A DNA stretch of 63,872 nucleotides, the filler included, from Acidimicrobiia bacterium (GTDB taxonomy: Bacteria; Actinomycetota; Acidimicrobiia; Spongiisociales; CAZKJJ01): assembly GCA_046759765.1 (NCBI GenBank). It is 9 parts of 9 records of this genome, joined end to end, with 100 filler letters (N's around TTAATTAATTAA, not from the genome) between each part and the next. Parts side by side here need not be neighbours in the genome. Positions count along the whole stretch, not along the records: positions 7,290 to 14,454 come from JBHICV010000128.1; positions 14,555 to 21,719 come from JBHICV010000129.1; 7 more parts are not named here. One strand, given 5' to 3'. The notes under the pieces were generated by a model, which worked only from the letters and a program-made list of their open reading frames with translations, was not told the DNA's origin and did not search any database. A program made the translations under genes and the position numbers. Below are positions 8,782 to 18,432 of the stretch, piece by piece (within the stretch, counting starts at the first letter, position 1; each line of letters begins with the position of its first letter).

Positions 8782-9983
8782 CCCACCACCCGGACGAAGC
8801 GTCGCTTCCCTGCCTGGAGTACCCGGCCGACTAAAAGGCTGCGGGAAATCTCGTCTGAGGAGACCGCTTCCCCCTCGATCTTGACGGCTCCTTGTGCGAT
8901 CAGACGCTTGCCCTCGGAGCTCGATGTGACCAAACCGGCCTCCCGCAGCAGGATCGGAAGATAAACCGGGTCTTCGACGCCCAGCGCATGCTCGGGCACG
9001 TCTTCCGGGACTTGATGCTCTTTGTGGACGCGGTCGAATGCTCCCTCGGCCTTTTCTGCTGCGTCGGGATCCCAGTACATACCAACAACTTCCCTGCCCA
9101 AACGCCGCTTGGCCTCGCCTGGGTGCACCGTCTGGTTCTCGAGGCCGGCCAAGAGATCTTCGCGCTCAGAGGCCTCCAGGTCCGTCGCCAGGCGGTAGTA
9201 GTCACCCATGGCTTCGTCCGGAAGGCTCATGATCTTGCCAAACATCTCTAACGGATCGTCGTCGATTGCTATGTAGTTGCCGAACGACTGTGACATCTTC
9301 TGCACCCCATCGGTCCCAACCAGGAGCGGCACTGTGATGACCACCTGAGGCGTCTTCCCATAACGCTGCTGAATGTCACGCCCGGTCAGGAGATTCCAAA
9401 GCTGATCGCTGCCTCCGAGCTCGACGTCCGCTTCGATTGCGACCGAATCCATGGCCTGCAGAAGCGGATAGAGGAACTCCATGAGCGAAATCGGACGCTC
9501 TTCTTCGAACCGCGTCCGGAAATCGTCTCTTTCCAGCAGCTGCGCCACGGTCACCTTCGATGTGAGCTCCAGTACCGCGTTCATATCGAGCTTGGACAGC
9601 CACTCGGAGTTGTACCGAATCTCCAACGGCTCCGGAAGCAGGATCCTTCGAAACCCCTCCAGCAGCCGATCGGCGTTAGCGCCGACCTCTTCGGCCGACA
9701 GGCGCCGTCGGGTTTCGCTCATCTCTGACGGATCACCCACTTGCGCAGTGAAGTCGCCCACGATCAGGACCGCGGTGTGCCCGTGCTCCTGAAACTGCCT
9801 GAGCTTGCGAAGAACCACAGCCCATCCCAGCGTGACGTTGGGAGCAGTCGGATCCATTCCCAGCTTCACCCGGAGCGAGCGACTCTCGGAGAGGCGCTTG
9901 GCAAGCTCGCCCGTGGGTATGGCTTGGTCGACTCCCTGCAGAAGGGAATCAAGCGGTTCCGGCACGGCCGCGAGGTTAGCCAT
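8778..9983 (-). CDS. tyrS: Tyrosine-tRNA ligase
   Basis: VKLGMDPT, GDPS, YPLLQAMD, GGSDQ, KMSQS and C-terminal S4 domain; start at 9983 or 9965. Confidence 0.95.
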   Translation of the reverse strand: MANLAAVPEPLDSLLQGVDQAIPTGELAKRLSESRSLRVKLGMDPTAPNVTLGWAVVLRKLRQFQEHGHTAVLIVGDFTAQVGDPSEMSETRRRLSAEEVGANADRLLEGFRRILLPEPLEIRYNSEWLSKLDMNAVLELTSKVTVAQLLERDDFRTRFEEERPISLMEFLYPLLQAMDSVAIEADVELGGSDQLWNLLTGRDIQQRYGKTPQVVITVPLLVGTDGVQKMSQSFGNYIAIDDDPLEMFGKIMSLPDEAMGDYYRLATDLEASEREDLLAGLENQTVHPGEAKRRLGREVVGMYWDPDAAEKAEGAFDRVHKEHQVPEDVPEHALGVEDPVYLPILLREAGLVTSSSEGKRLIAQGAVKIEGEAVSSDEISRSLLVGRVLQAGKRRFVRVVG

Positions 9984-10056
9984 AGCTTTCGGGCCGTCTT
10001 CGGCGAAATACCAGGAAGCCGACAGAGCCACCGTTACGCTCCCGCGCGTGCGGGGG

Positions 10057-12441
10057 ATGACTCGCTGGTTTGTCGCGGCTGCAGCCATCGGCATCCTGGC
10101 CGGAGCGTGCACCGTTGATCCGATCGACGACCCAGGGCTCGGAAGCCGGGGCCTGACCACGGTTGTCTTCGCCGCTGATGGCTCGGTTCTCGCCCAGTGG
10201 CATGCCCAGGAGGACCGCGCGCTGGTCAGCTACGGGGAGATTCCTCGGCATCTGGTGGACGCGGTGGTCGCGATCGAAGACGAGCGGTTCTGGGCCCATC
10301 CCGGCATCGACATTCGGGCAGTGGCCCGAGCCCTGGTTGCCAATCTCCAGGAGGGCGGTGTAGTTCAGGGCGGCTCGACCATCACCCAGCAGTACCTAAA
10401 GAACGTAGTGCTGACCCCGGAACTGACCCTCGATCGGAAGCTGACTGAGGCCGCCTTGGCGCTTCGTCTCGAGGAAGGTCTCAGCAAGGAGCAGATCCTC
10501 GAGCGCTATCTCAACACTGTCTACTTCGGGGACGGCGCTTACGGGGTTGGCGCCGCCTCCGCGCACTACTTCGGCAAGTCGGTGTCTCTTCTCAGCCTGG
10601 ACCAGTCGGCTCTTCTGGCGGGCCTGATCCGATCACCTGCGACCTACGACCCGTTCGTGGATCCCGATGCGGCGTTGGGGCGTCGACGTGTCGTTCTCGA
10701 CAAGATGGTCGCGCTTGGCTACCTCACTGAGAGCGACGCGCGCAGCGCGGACAGGGAGCCTCTTCGGTTGGCCGAGAGGACGCCGCCGAGCCGATCTCGC
10801 TTCCCTTACTTCACGGAAGAGGTGAAGCGGCAACTCCTAGCAGACCCGGCGCTGGGCGAGACGGTGACCGATCGCTATCAAGCGCTCTTCGAAGGCGGGC
10901 TGCGCATCTATACCACTCTCGACCCCGTCGCTCAGGAGGCGGCCCGAGCTGCCATCGACACCGTTGTGGACGGTGAAGACCTTCCGTATGTGGCCCTGGC
11001 GTCGATTGACCCGCGCACCGGCTACGTCCGCGCCCTGATCGGAGGACGCGATTTCTACGCACCCGATGATCCGGTCGCGCAGTTCAACCTGGCCACTCAA
11101 GGCGAGCGACAGCCAGGATCGGCTTTCAAGCCGTTTGCGCTGGCGGCGGCTCTCGAGACTGGCGTGCCTTTGACCCAGGTGATAGAGGCCGGACGGCAAG
11201 TCGTAGTCGAGACCGACTCGCGGCCATGGGTGGTCGACAACTACAACGGGGCCAGCTTCCCCGACCTGACGCTCTTGGAAGCAACGGTGTTCTCGGTCAA
11301 CGTCGTGTATGCGCGATTGGTCGACCGGATCGGCCCCGAGGGCGTGGCTGACGTGGCGGAGGCTGCCGGCATCACGAAGAAGCTGGACCGGTACCACGCG
11401 GTGGCGCTTGGAAGCGAAGAGGTATCAGTGCTGGATATGGCGTCCGCGTTTGGGACCTTCGCGGCCGACGGAACCCATATCACGCCGTCACTTGTCACGA
11501 GCATCGACACGCATGAGGGCGTGAACATCTACAAGAACGTGCCGGTGGTCACCCATGCGTTCGATCGGGAGGTTGCTCAGCAAGTCACTGCGGCCTTAAC
11601 CGAGGTCGTACGGAGAGGGACGGGTCAGCAAGCCCGCATCGGCCGTCCCGTGGCAGGTAAGACGGGTACGTCCCAGAACCACCGCGACGCCTGGTTCGTC
11701 GGCTACACGCCCGAGCTGGCCACAGCGGTCTGGGTCGGTTACCCACAGCCGACGCCGATGGTGCCTCCCCAGACCCCGTTTCGTATCACTGGAGGCACCT
11801 GGCCGGCTCAGATCTGGTCGAGATACTCGGCCGCAGCCCTAGCGTCTACCGTTCCGAGTCAGCTGGCGTTAGCGGAAGGACTCGGCGAGGTGACGGTCGA
11901 GGTCGACCTTTCCACTGGCTTCGTCGCCGGGCCTTACTGCCCGCGGGAGCATGTCCAATCGATTCAGATGCCGGCCGATGCGGTCCCAACGGTCGTGTGT
12001 CCGATTCATAACCCGTCCGGAGTGGTGGCGGCGGGTTCCGGCGACGTCCCTGATGTAATCGGCATGAACATCGAGGATGCGGTCGGAGTCATACAAGACG
12101 CCGGATTTCAGACTCGTGTGCAGTGGTCGGGCGGTGGCAACTTGGCCCCGGGGACGGTCTTCAATCAGGATCCGTCGCCCGGCTTCCCCGCGCAAACCGG
12201 CACCGCAATTCGCCTCACCTTGGCGGGTCCCGAACCAGGATCTGTCATTCCCTCCATCCTGGGCTTCCAAGTGGACCACGCGCTCTCGGAGTTGGACCAG
12301 ATCGGGGTCCAGGCGCACGTCGTGATCGAGTCCGAGTCGGATCCTGCTGACGCGGCCCGACGGACCGGGATGGTGTGGAAACAGGAGCCAGCCCCGGGTA
12401 GTCCCGCGGAAGGAGCGGTAACTCTGTGGGCTAACCCTTGA
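10057..12441 (+). CDS. Class A penicillin-binding protein (transglycosylase-transpeptidase) with two C-terminal PASTA domains
   Basis: EDERFWAHPG, GGSTITQQ, RKLTE, YLNTVYFG; SAFK, SVN, KTG. Confidence 0.93.
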   Translation: MTRWFVAAAAIGILAGACTVDPIDDPGLGSRGLTTVVFAADGSVLAQWHAQEDRALVSYGEIPRHLVDAVVAIEDERFWAHPGIDIRAVARALVANLQEGGVVQGGSTITQQYLKNVVLTPELTLDRKLTEAALALRLEEGLSKEQILERYLNTVYFGDGAYGVGAASAHYFGKSVSLLSLDQSALLAGLIRSPATYDPFVDPDAALGRRRVVLDKMVALGYLTESDARSADREPLRLAERTPPSRSRFPYFTEEVKRQLLADPALGETVTDRYQALFEGGLRIYTTLDPVAQEAARAAIDTVVDGEDLPYVALASIDPRTGYVRALIGGRDFYAPDDPVAQFNLATQGERQPGSAFKPFALAAALETGVPLTQVIEAGRQVVVETDSRPWVVDNYNGASFPDLTLLEATVFSVNVVYARLVDRIGPEGVADVAEAAGITKKLDRYHAVALGSEEVSVLDMASAFGTFAADGTHITPSLVTSIDTHEGVNIYKNVPVVTHAFDREVAQQVTAALTEVVRRGTGQQARIGRPVAGKTGTSQNHRDAWFVGYTPELATAVWVGYPQPTPMVPPQTPFRITGGTWPAQIWSRYSAAALASTVPSQLALAEGLGEVTVEVDLSTGFVAGPYCPREHVQSIQMPADAVPTVVCPIHNPSGVVAAGSGDVPDVIGMNIEDAVGVIQDAGFQTRVQWSGGGNLAPGTVFNQDPSPGFPAQTGTAIRLTLAGPEPGSVIPSILGFQVDHALSELDQIGVQAHVVIESESDPADAARRTGMVWKQEPAPGSPAEGAVTLWANP

Positions 12442-12485
12442 AAACAGCCATCAGTTACGGATAGCTGAATGCTGACAGCTAATAG

Positions 12486-13031
12486 CTAACTGAGCACGAA
12501 CCGCCAGGGTCGCTCCTTCGCTACCGAGATGCCGACGCGAGGAGTGGTTGTGATCTCGGCCTGGGTTTGGCCGGGAAGAAGCTGAACCCGCCCTCTCGCC
12601 AAGAGATCGATGCCGTCATCTTTCCCCGTGATCCCGAGCGCCTGGGTGAGCTTCCCGGGTCCGTCAGACAGATGATCGTCTCGACCGCGCCGAGCGCGCA
12701 TCAGATCGAGGCCGGCTGCTGGCACGCCGCCCCGCAGCAGAACCGCCTGCCCCACGCCTTCCGGTCCAGTGGCAACGTTGGCACACCAGTGGACGCCGTG
12801 TGACCGGTAGACGTAAAGGGTGCCGGCCGGACGAAACATCGACGCGTTACGTGTCTTCGGACCTCGGTAGGCGTGACTGGCCGGATCATCTACGCCTCCG
12901 TACGCCTCGACCTCCACGAGCTCTATCTCGGTCACACCGGCCTGCTGCTCGGTCCGCAACCGCATCCCTAGCAGCGCAGGCGCGACCTGAAGCAGAGGCC
13001 TGTTGAGTAGCTCCCGCAGCTTCTTGGTCAC
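12486..13031 (-). CDS. mpg: DNA-3-methyladenine glycosylase (MPG/AAG family)
   Basis: VEVEAY, DPASH, YVY, AVLLR, GPGKL, PRVGI. Confidence 0.93.
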   Translation of the reverse strand: MTKKLRELLNRPLLQVAPALLGMRLRTEQQAGVTEIELVEVEAYGGVDDPASHAYRGPKTRNASMFRPAGTLYVYRSHGVHWCANVATGPEGVGQAVLLRGGVPAAGLDLMRARRGRDDHLSDGPGKLTQALGITGKDDGIDLLARGRVQLLPGQTQAEITTTPRVGISVAKERPWRFVLS

Positions 13032-13921
13032 TCGGTCAGATGAAGAAGGAGCGCCTTGAAGGAATGCAGCCGGTTCTCCGCTTGGTCGAACACACGGGAA
13101 CGAGCGTGGTCAATCACCCCGTCACTGACCTCTTCCCCACGGTGAGCGGGCAGACAGTGTAGGAAGATGGCCTCATCGCTCGCGTTTTCGAACAGCGCCT
13201 CGTCCACCCGGAAGCCTGAAAACTGCGCCACGCGCGCCTGCTGCTCCTCCTCTTGTCCCATAGAAGTCCAGGCATCTGTGTAGACGACGTCCGCACCTTC
13301 GACAGCCGCTTCCGGGTCAGGGCTCACCTCGACCGTTCCGAATCGGGACGCCTCCGAGACGTAGACAGGATCTGGTTGGAACGACGGAGGGGCCGCGACC
13401 CGCACCTCCATCCCTGCCATGGCAGCCGCCACCATGAGTGAGTGGCAAACGTTGTTGCCGTCGCCCACATAAGCCAGCCGGCTACCAGTCAGCGGAAAGT
13501 TCTCGGCGACGGTCTGTAGATCTGCCAGCACCTGACATGGGTGTTCCAGGTCGGATAGCAAGTTGATGACCGGAGCTTGGGCTGCGTCTGCCACTTCCAC
13601 CAAGGTCCCATGCTCGAACACCCTCAGCGCCAGCACATCGAGATAGCGGTCGAGCGTACAGGCGACGTCGCGGACACTCTCACGACTGCCGAGTCCTACC
13701 TCATCCTGTCGGAGCACGACGGGATGTCCGCCGAGATCTACCGTTGCCACCTCCGACGAGACACGGGTCCGTGTCGACGGCTTCATGAAGAACAGCCCGA
13801 CCCGCAAGCCTGAGCGGGTTCCTGCCACACCCGCGGGATCCTTCTTGACCTCCGCCCCCAGAGCCAGAACCTCTGCTAGACCGTCCGGCCCAAGGTCGGC
13901 TATGCCGATGAAGTCGCTCAC
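13028..13921 (-). CDS. argF: Ornithine carbamoyltransferase
   Basis: STRT, HPCQ, SMG and HCLP motifs. Confidence 0.95.
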   Translation of the reverse strand: MSDFIGIADLGPDGLAEVLALGAEVKKDPAGVAGTRSGLRVGLFFMKPSTRTRVSSEVATVDLGGHPVVLRQDEVGLGSRESVRDVACTLDRYLDVLALRVFEHGTLVEVADAAQAPVINLLSDLEHPCQVLADLQTVAENFPLTGSRLAYVGDGNNVCHSLMVAAAMAGMEVRVAAPPSFQPDPVYVSEASRFGTVEVSPDPEAAVEGADVVYTDAWTSMGQEEEQQARVAQFSGFRVDEALFENASDEAIFLHCLPAHRGEEVSDGVIDHARSRVFDQAENRLHSFKALLLHLTE

Positions 13922-14454
13922 AGGTCACCCCGTAGCTTCGCATCCAATTGACTCGATACCGCAGCAACGATTCGCTGACGAATCGGTCCAATCTCTTCTT
14001 GGGTGAGGGTCCGATCTGGCGCGCGGAGAACCACTCGGAACGCCAATGACTTACTTCCCTCGGCCAGCGGCGGCCCCGAAAACTCATCGAACAGATCCAC
14101 CGACTCGAGCTCCGGTCGCGCCGCTTCTCCAATCGCGGATTGGAGCCGGCTACTGGGTAGGTCGTCGTCCACCTCAAAGGCGAGGTCGAAGTAGACCGGC
14201 GGGAACATGCTCGGCTCTTTGAAGGTCCATATCTCAGCGTCGGCCAGAAAGCGCGACAGCCGCAACTCCCCCACTGCCACCCGGCCGGGCAACTCGAATT
14301 CCCGTGTTGCGGCCGGGTGCAGCTCGCTCAGGAACCCGACCTCGACGTCTGAGATCGAGGCGACTGCACTCCGGCCCGGATGAAGTCCGGACACTGGCTC
14401 TCCCCGCAGCGACCCGTCGACTCTCATCGCGGCGGTCAGAAGCTCCCAGGTTCC
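13918..14454 (-). CDS. pheT: Phenylalanine-tRNA ligase beta subunit, C-terminal fragment
   Basis: LHPGRSA, ELHP and FDX-ACB domain (LFDEF...KSLAF...DRTLT). Confidence 0.92.
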   Translation of the reverse strand, partial: GTWELLTAAMRVDGSLRGEPVSGLHPGRSAVASISDVEVGFLSELHPAATREFELPGRVAVGELRLSRFLADAEIWTFKEPSMFPPVYFDLAFEVDDDLPSSRLQSAIGEAARPELESVDLFDEFSGPPLAEGSKSLAFRVVLRAPDRTLTQEEIGPIRQRIVAAVSSQLDAKLRGDL

Positions 14455-14554
14455 NNNNNNNNNNNNNNNNNNNNNNNNNNNNNNNNNNNNNNNNNNNNTT
14501 AATTAATTAANNNNNNNNNNNNNNNNNNNNNNNNNNNNNNNNNNNNNNNNNNNN
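14455..14554. other. Artificial contig spacer
   Basis: N44-TTAATTAATTAA-N44. Confidence 0.99.
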
Positions 14555-16267
14555 CCCGGGACGGAGGCAGCAGATTCCGCGCACGATCAGGTCGATGGGC
14601 GTGTGCGTCTGTGAGGCCTCGTACAGCGCTTCAATCATCCGCTCATCCACGAGGCTGTTCATCTTCATGACGATGGTGCCGTCCTCCTTGCGGGCCTCGC
14701 GCTGGATCTTGCGTAGGATCCTCCGCCGGAGCGCTCGCGGGCTCACCAGGAGCTTTCGGTACTTCCTTTCATGGCCATACCCCGTGAGCGAGTTGAACAG
14801 GTCGCCCATATCCGCCCCGAGCGCCTGCCCTGCCGAGAAAATGCCTACGTCTTCGTACATACGGGCCGTCTTCTCGTTGTAGTTACCCGTGCCGACGTGT
14901 GAGTAGTACCTGATTCGATCACCTTCTCGACGGACAACGAGCGCGGTCTTGGTGTGCGTCTTGAGACCAACGACGCCATAGACGACGTGCACGCCGGCTT
15001 CCTCCAGTGCGCGGGCCCAGCCGATATTGCGCTCCTCGTCGCCCCGCGCTTTGAGCTCTACGAGGGCCACCACCTGCTTGCCCGAAGTGGCCGCTCTTAT
15101 CAGAGCACGAATAATGGCGCTGTCTGGTGATGTCCGGTAAAGCGTCTGCTTAATAGCGAGCACATTGGGATCGTCGGCGGCCTGGGATATGAAGGACTCG
15201 ACGGACGTGGTGAAAGAGTCGTAGGGATGATGAACCAGGAGGTCACCTTTGCGGACCACCTCGAAGATGTCCTTCTCCTCACCTTCGACGGCGGCAAGTC
15301 TTGGTCCGGTCAGCCAATTGAACGGTCTCATCCGGAGATCTGGCCGGTCGAGCTCGTCGAGCGCAGTCAAGCCGGCTAGCCCCAGAGGCCCTTCCAGCAC
15401 GTAGATGTCCTCCTCGCCTATGGCGAGCTCCCGCTGGAGTAGATCGAGCGCCTCGGCGGAGATCGCAGGCTCCACCTCGAGGCGCACGACCCGGCCGAAC
15501 CGCTGCCTGGTCAGCTCGCTCTCGATAGCTCGAAGCAAGTCCTCGGCCGCATCCTCCTCTATCTCCAGGTCAGCGTTGCGTGTAACTCGGAAGGCATGAA
15601 ACGACATGATCTCCATGCCGGGGAACAGCTCGCCCAGGTGTGCGCCGATCACCTGCTCCAGTGGCACGAAACGACGGCCCAGCGGTCCCGTGACGAAGCG
15701 GGGCAGGATCGGGGGCACCTTGACTCGGGCAAAGTGAGAGCGATGATCCTTCGGATCTGCTACGAACACCGCCAGGTTCAGTGACAAATCCGATATGTAG
15801 GGAAACGGATGGGCCGGGTCGACCGCCAGCGGCGTCAGAACCGGGAAGAGCTTCTCACGAAACTGCTTCTGGAGGTATAGCTCCGCCTCGTCGTCGAGGT
15901 CGTGCCAGTTACTCAGCTGGATGCCTTCGGCGGCAAGACCGGGGGCAAGGTCGCCGGTGAAGATCTTCGACTGCCGATCGTAAAGATCCACGACCCTTTG
16001 ACGGATCTCGGCTAGCTGGGTCCGCGGGGGTAGGCCGTCCGGAGGAGCCACATCTACACCGTGGGCGACCTGTTCCTTGAGCCCGGCTACTCGAACCTGG
16101 AAGAACTCGTCCAGACCGTCGGCGAAGATGGCCAGCAATCGGGTGCGCTCGAGCAGCGGCAGGGTCGGATCGCCTGCGAGGGCCAGGACGCGCTCGGCAA
16201 ACGAGAGCCACGAGAGCTCTCGGTTCAAGTAGCGGTCGGAACCTTCGACTGGGACGGTTGTTGTCAT
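14555..16267 (-). CDS. ppk1: Polyphosphate kinase 1, C-terminus truncated
   Basis: NRELSWL, HHPYDSF, KQTLYR, LKTHTK, GTGNYN. Confidence 0.96.
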
Positions 16268-16338
16268 CAGCGGTTTCTCGGCATCCTGGCTCGCGACGTT
16301 AGTTGCCGGCGGGATGGCTCGAAAGGGGTCGTCTTGGC

Positions 16339-16893
16339 CTAAGAGCGTTTGAAGAGACCCTTGATCCAGGACCAGAGGCTGGCGAAGAAGAGTGATACTC
16401 CTTTGACCTCGCCGGCGCGGACCTCCGCCGCGGCCTCAGGGGTTGGTGCAGCCAGCTTGGCCTCCAAGCAGTCCACGAACTCGACCATGAGGCGGCTCGA
16501 GATCTCATTGACCAAGCCCGTGCGCCCGAATTGGGCGATCGCTCCCGCCAGCGTCACATCGGCGTCGATCGCAACACTGGTATGTCCGCCGTCTGTCTCA
16601 GTCACCCGGTAGTCGACCTTGACGTTGCCGCGACTGCCGCCCCTCTTGTCGACGCCCTTGCCCTCGAGTCGTCCTGTCCACGCCTCAGGATCGGGCATCA
16701 CCAAGCAGGCTCCCTCGAACGTGGCCGTCATCGGCCCCAGCTTCACCGTAACCCGCCCCTCGTAATTGCCGTCTCCCTGCTCGTCTAGGAGTTCGGCTCC
16801 CGGTAGGCAGGTAGCTACGGCGGGCACATCCTGGAAGAACTCCCACACGGTCGGTGCCGGGCGGGCCACCTCGAACTGCTGGTTTATCTCCAT
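16339..16893 (-). CDS. coxG: CO dehydrogenase accessory protein CoxG (SRPBCC)
   Basis: VATCLPGAEL, VKLGP, AQFGR; divergent from coxMSL. Confidence 0.88.
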   Translation of the reverse strand: MEINQQFEVARPAPTVWEFFQDVPAVATCLPGAELLDEQGDGNYEGRVTVKLGPMTATFEGACLVMPDPEAWTGRLEGKGVDKRGGSRGNVKVDYRVTETDGGHTSVAIDADVTLAGAIAQFGRTGLVNEISSRLMVEFVDCLEAKLAAPTPEAAAEVRAGEVKGVSLFFASLWSWIKGLFKRS

Positions 16894-17074
16894 GGGACTC
16901 TTTTGGCTGCCGGAACTTTAGAGGAAGCGCTCGTCTCCCCGTCGTAGGCGGTTGCGGTTTGCTAGCGTCGCCGACAGGCGTACGGGAGAGGGCGGACCAT
17001 GGTTCTAAGTCGCTGTCCTCGGATGGACGCTGAGGCGCGCTCCGAGCGGCTCCACACCACCCCGGGAGGTTCAG

Positions 17075-17941
17075 ATGTACACAGCCCAATTTGACTACCG
17101 AGCACCGACGTCGGTCGAAGAGGTGATTGCCGCGCTGGGCGAGCTGGGAGACGAAGGCCGGATCCTGGCTGGAGGACAGAGCCTGATCCCGCTGATGAAG
17201 CTGCGGCTCGCTACGCCCGGGGTTCTCATCGACATCAACCGAGTCGAAGGACTCGATTTCATCGAGGCGTCGAACGGGAGCCTTCGAATCGGGCCCCTTG
17301 TCCGGCACAACGACATGGTCCGTTCGGAGCTGGCGAACACGAACCACACGGTGGCGTCAGCCGCTCCCTGGATCTCGGATCCGCTCGTCAGAAACCTGGG
17401 GACAGTGTGCGGCTCCGTTGCCTACTGCGATCCGCGGGGCGATTGGAACTCGGTCATGCTGGCCCTGCGCGGCGAGGTCGTTGGCCGCAGCTCGCAGGGT
17501 GAGCGGGTGATCGCGATCGACGACTTCATCGTGGACTTCTTCACCAACTCCCTCCAGCCGGACGAGATGATCACCGAGGTGCGCATACCCCACACCGACG
17601 GGTCGTCCGGAGGCGACTACATCAAGCTGGAGCGCAAAATCAACGACTACGCGACGGTGGCGGTAGCGACCCACCTGGGGCTCGACGCCGGAGGCCGGAT
17701 AGAGCAGGCGGGCATCGCACTTACTGCCGTAAACCCCATCAACACCCGAGCTACCGCGGCCGAGGAGGTACTGATCGGAGAGACGCCCTCCGACGAGCTC
17801 TTCTCGGAGGCGGCCGAGCTGGCTGCCCGAGCCGCCGAGCCCGAGGACTCGATCAGGGGATCGGCCAAGTGGAAGACGGCCGTGACACGCACGTTCACGA
17901 AGCGGGGGCTGGACAAGGCCCTCGACCTGGCGCGGAGCTGA
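17075..17941 (+). CDS. coxM: Aerobic CO dehydrogenase medium (FAD) subunit
   Basis: LAGGQSLIPLMKLR, VRNLGT. Confidence 0.92.
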   Translation: MYTAQFDYRAPTSVEEVIAALGELGDEGRILAGGQSLIPLMKLRLATPGVLIDINRVEGLDFIEASNGSLRIGPLVRHNDMVRSELANTNHTVASAAPWISDPLVRNLGTVCGSVAYCDPRGDWNSVMLALRGEVVGRSSQGERVIAIDDFIVDFFTNSLQPDEMITEVRIPHTDGSSGGDYIKLERKINDYATVAVATHLGLDAGGRIEQAGIALTAVNPINTRATAAEEVLIGETPSDELFSEAAELAARAAEPEDSIRGSAKWKTAVTRTFTKRGLDKALDLARS

Positions 17942-17951
17942 GGAGGGAACT

Positions 17952-18431
17952 ATGGAAATCACCGTAACGGTCAACGGCACCGCCTCGACCGCCGATGTCG
18001 AGCCCAGATTGCTGCTGGTCGATTTCATCCGCAGCACCCTGGAACTGACCGGAACCCACATCGGATGTGTCACCACACACTGCGGCGCCTGTACCGTTCT
18101 CCTCGACGGTACGCCGGTCAAGTCGTGCACGCTGTTCGCTGTCCAAGCCGACGGCCGCTCGATACAAACGGTCGAGGGCCTTCGCTCGAACGGGCAGCTG
18201 GACCCGATTCAGCTGGGGTTCAAGGAGAACCATGGCCTGCAATGCGGCTTCTGCACGCCGGGAATGATGCTGGTCGGTAAGGCTTTGCTGGACGAAAACG
18301 AGGACCCATCGGAGGACGAGATCCGTTGGGCGATCTCGGGCAACATCTGCCGGTGCACCGGCTACGTCAACATCGTGAAGTCGATCCAGTGGGCAGGCGC
18401 GGAGAAGCGCGGCGAACACGTAGGGAGCTGA
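17952..18431 (+). CDS. coxS: Aerobic CO dehydrogenase small (2Fe-2S) subunit
   Basis: GC-x4-CGAC, QCGFCTPG, CRCTGY. Confidence 0.94.
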   Translation: MEITVTVNGTASTADVEPRLLLVDFIRSTLELTGTHIGCVTTHCGACTVLLDGTPVKSCTLFAVQADGRSIQTVEGLRSNGQLDPIQLGFKENHGLQCGFCTPGMMLVGKALLDENEDPSEDEIRWAISGNICRCTGYVNIVKSIQWAGAEKRGEHVGS

Positions 18432-18432
18432 G

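Noticed and set aside
9805..10160. Apparent long overlap between tyrS and the PBP gene
   Set aside because: Caused by over-extended ORF starts; plausible starts (9983 and 10057) do not overlap
12445..12490. Heptamer-like repeats (GCTGAAT/GCTGACA/GCTAATA) between convergent genes
   Set aside because: Short and degenerate; most simply a bidirectional terminator-like element
14555..16267. Functional linkage of ppk1 with the CHAD gene or the cox cluster
   Set aside because: CHAD is on a different contig, and adjacency to coxG alone is not evidence
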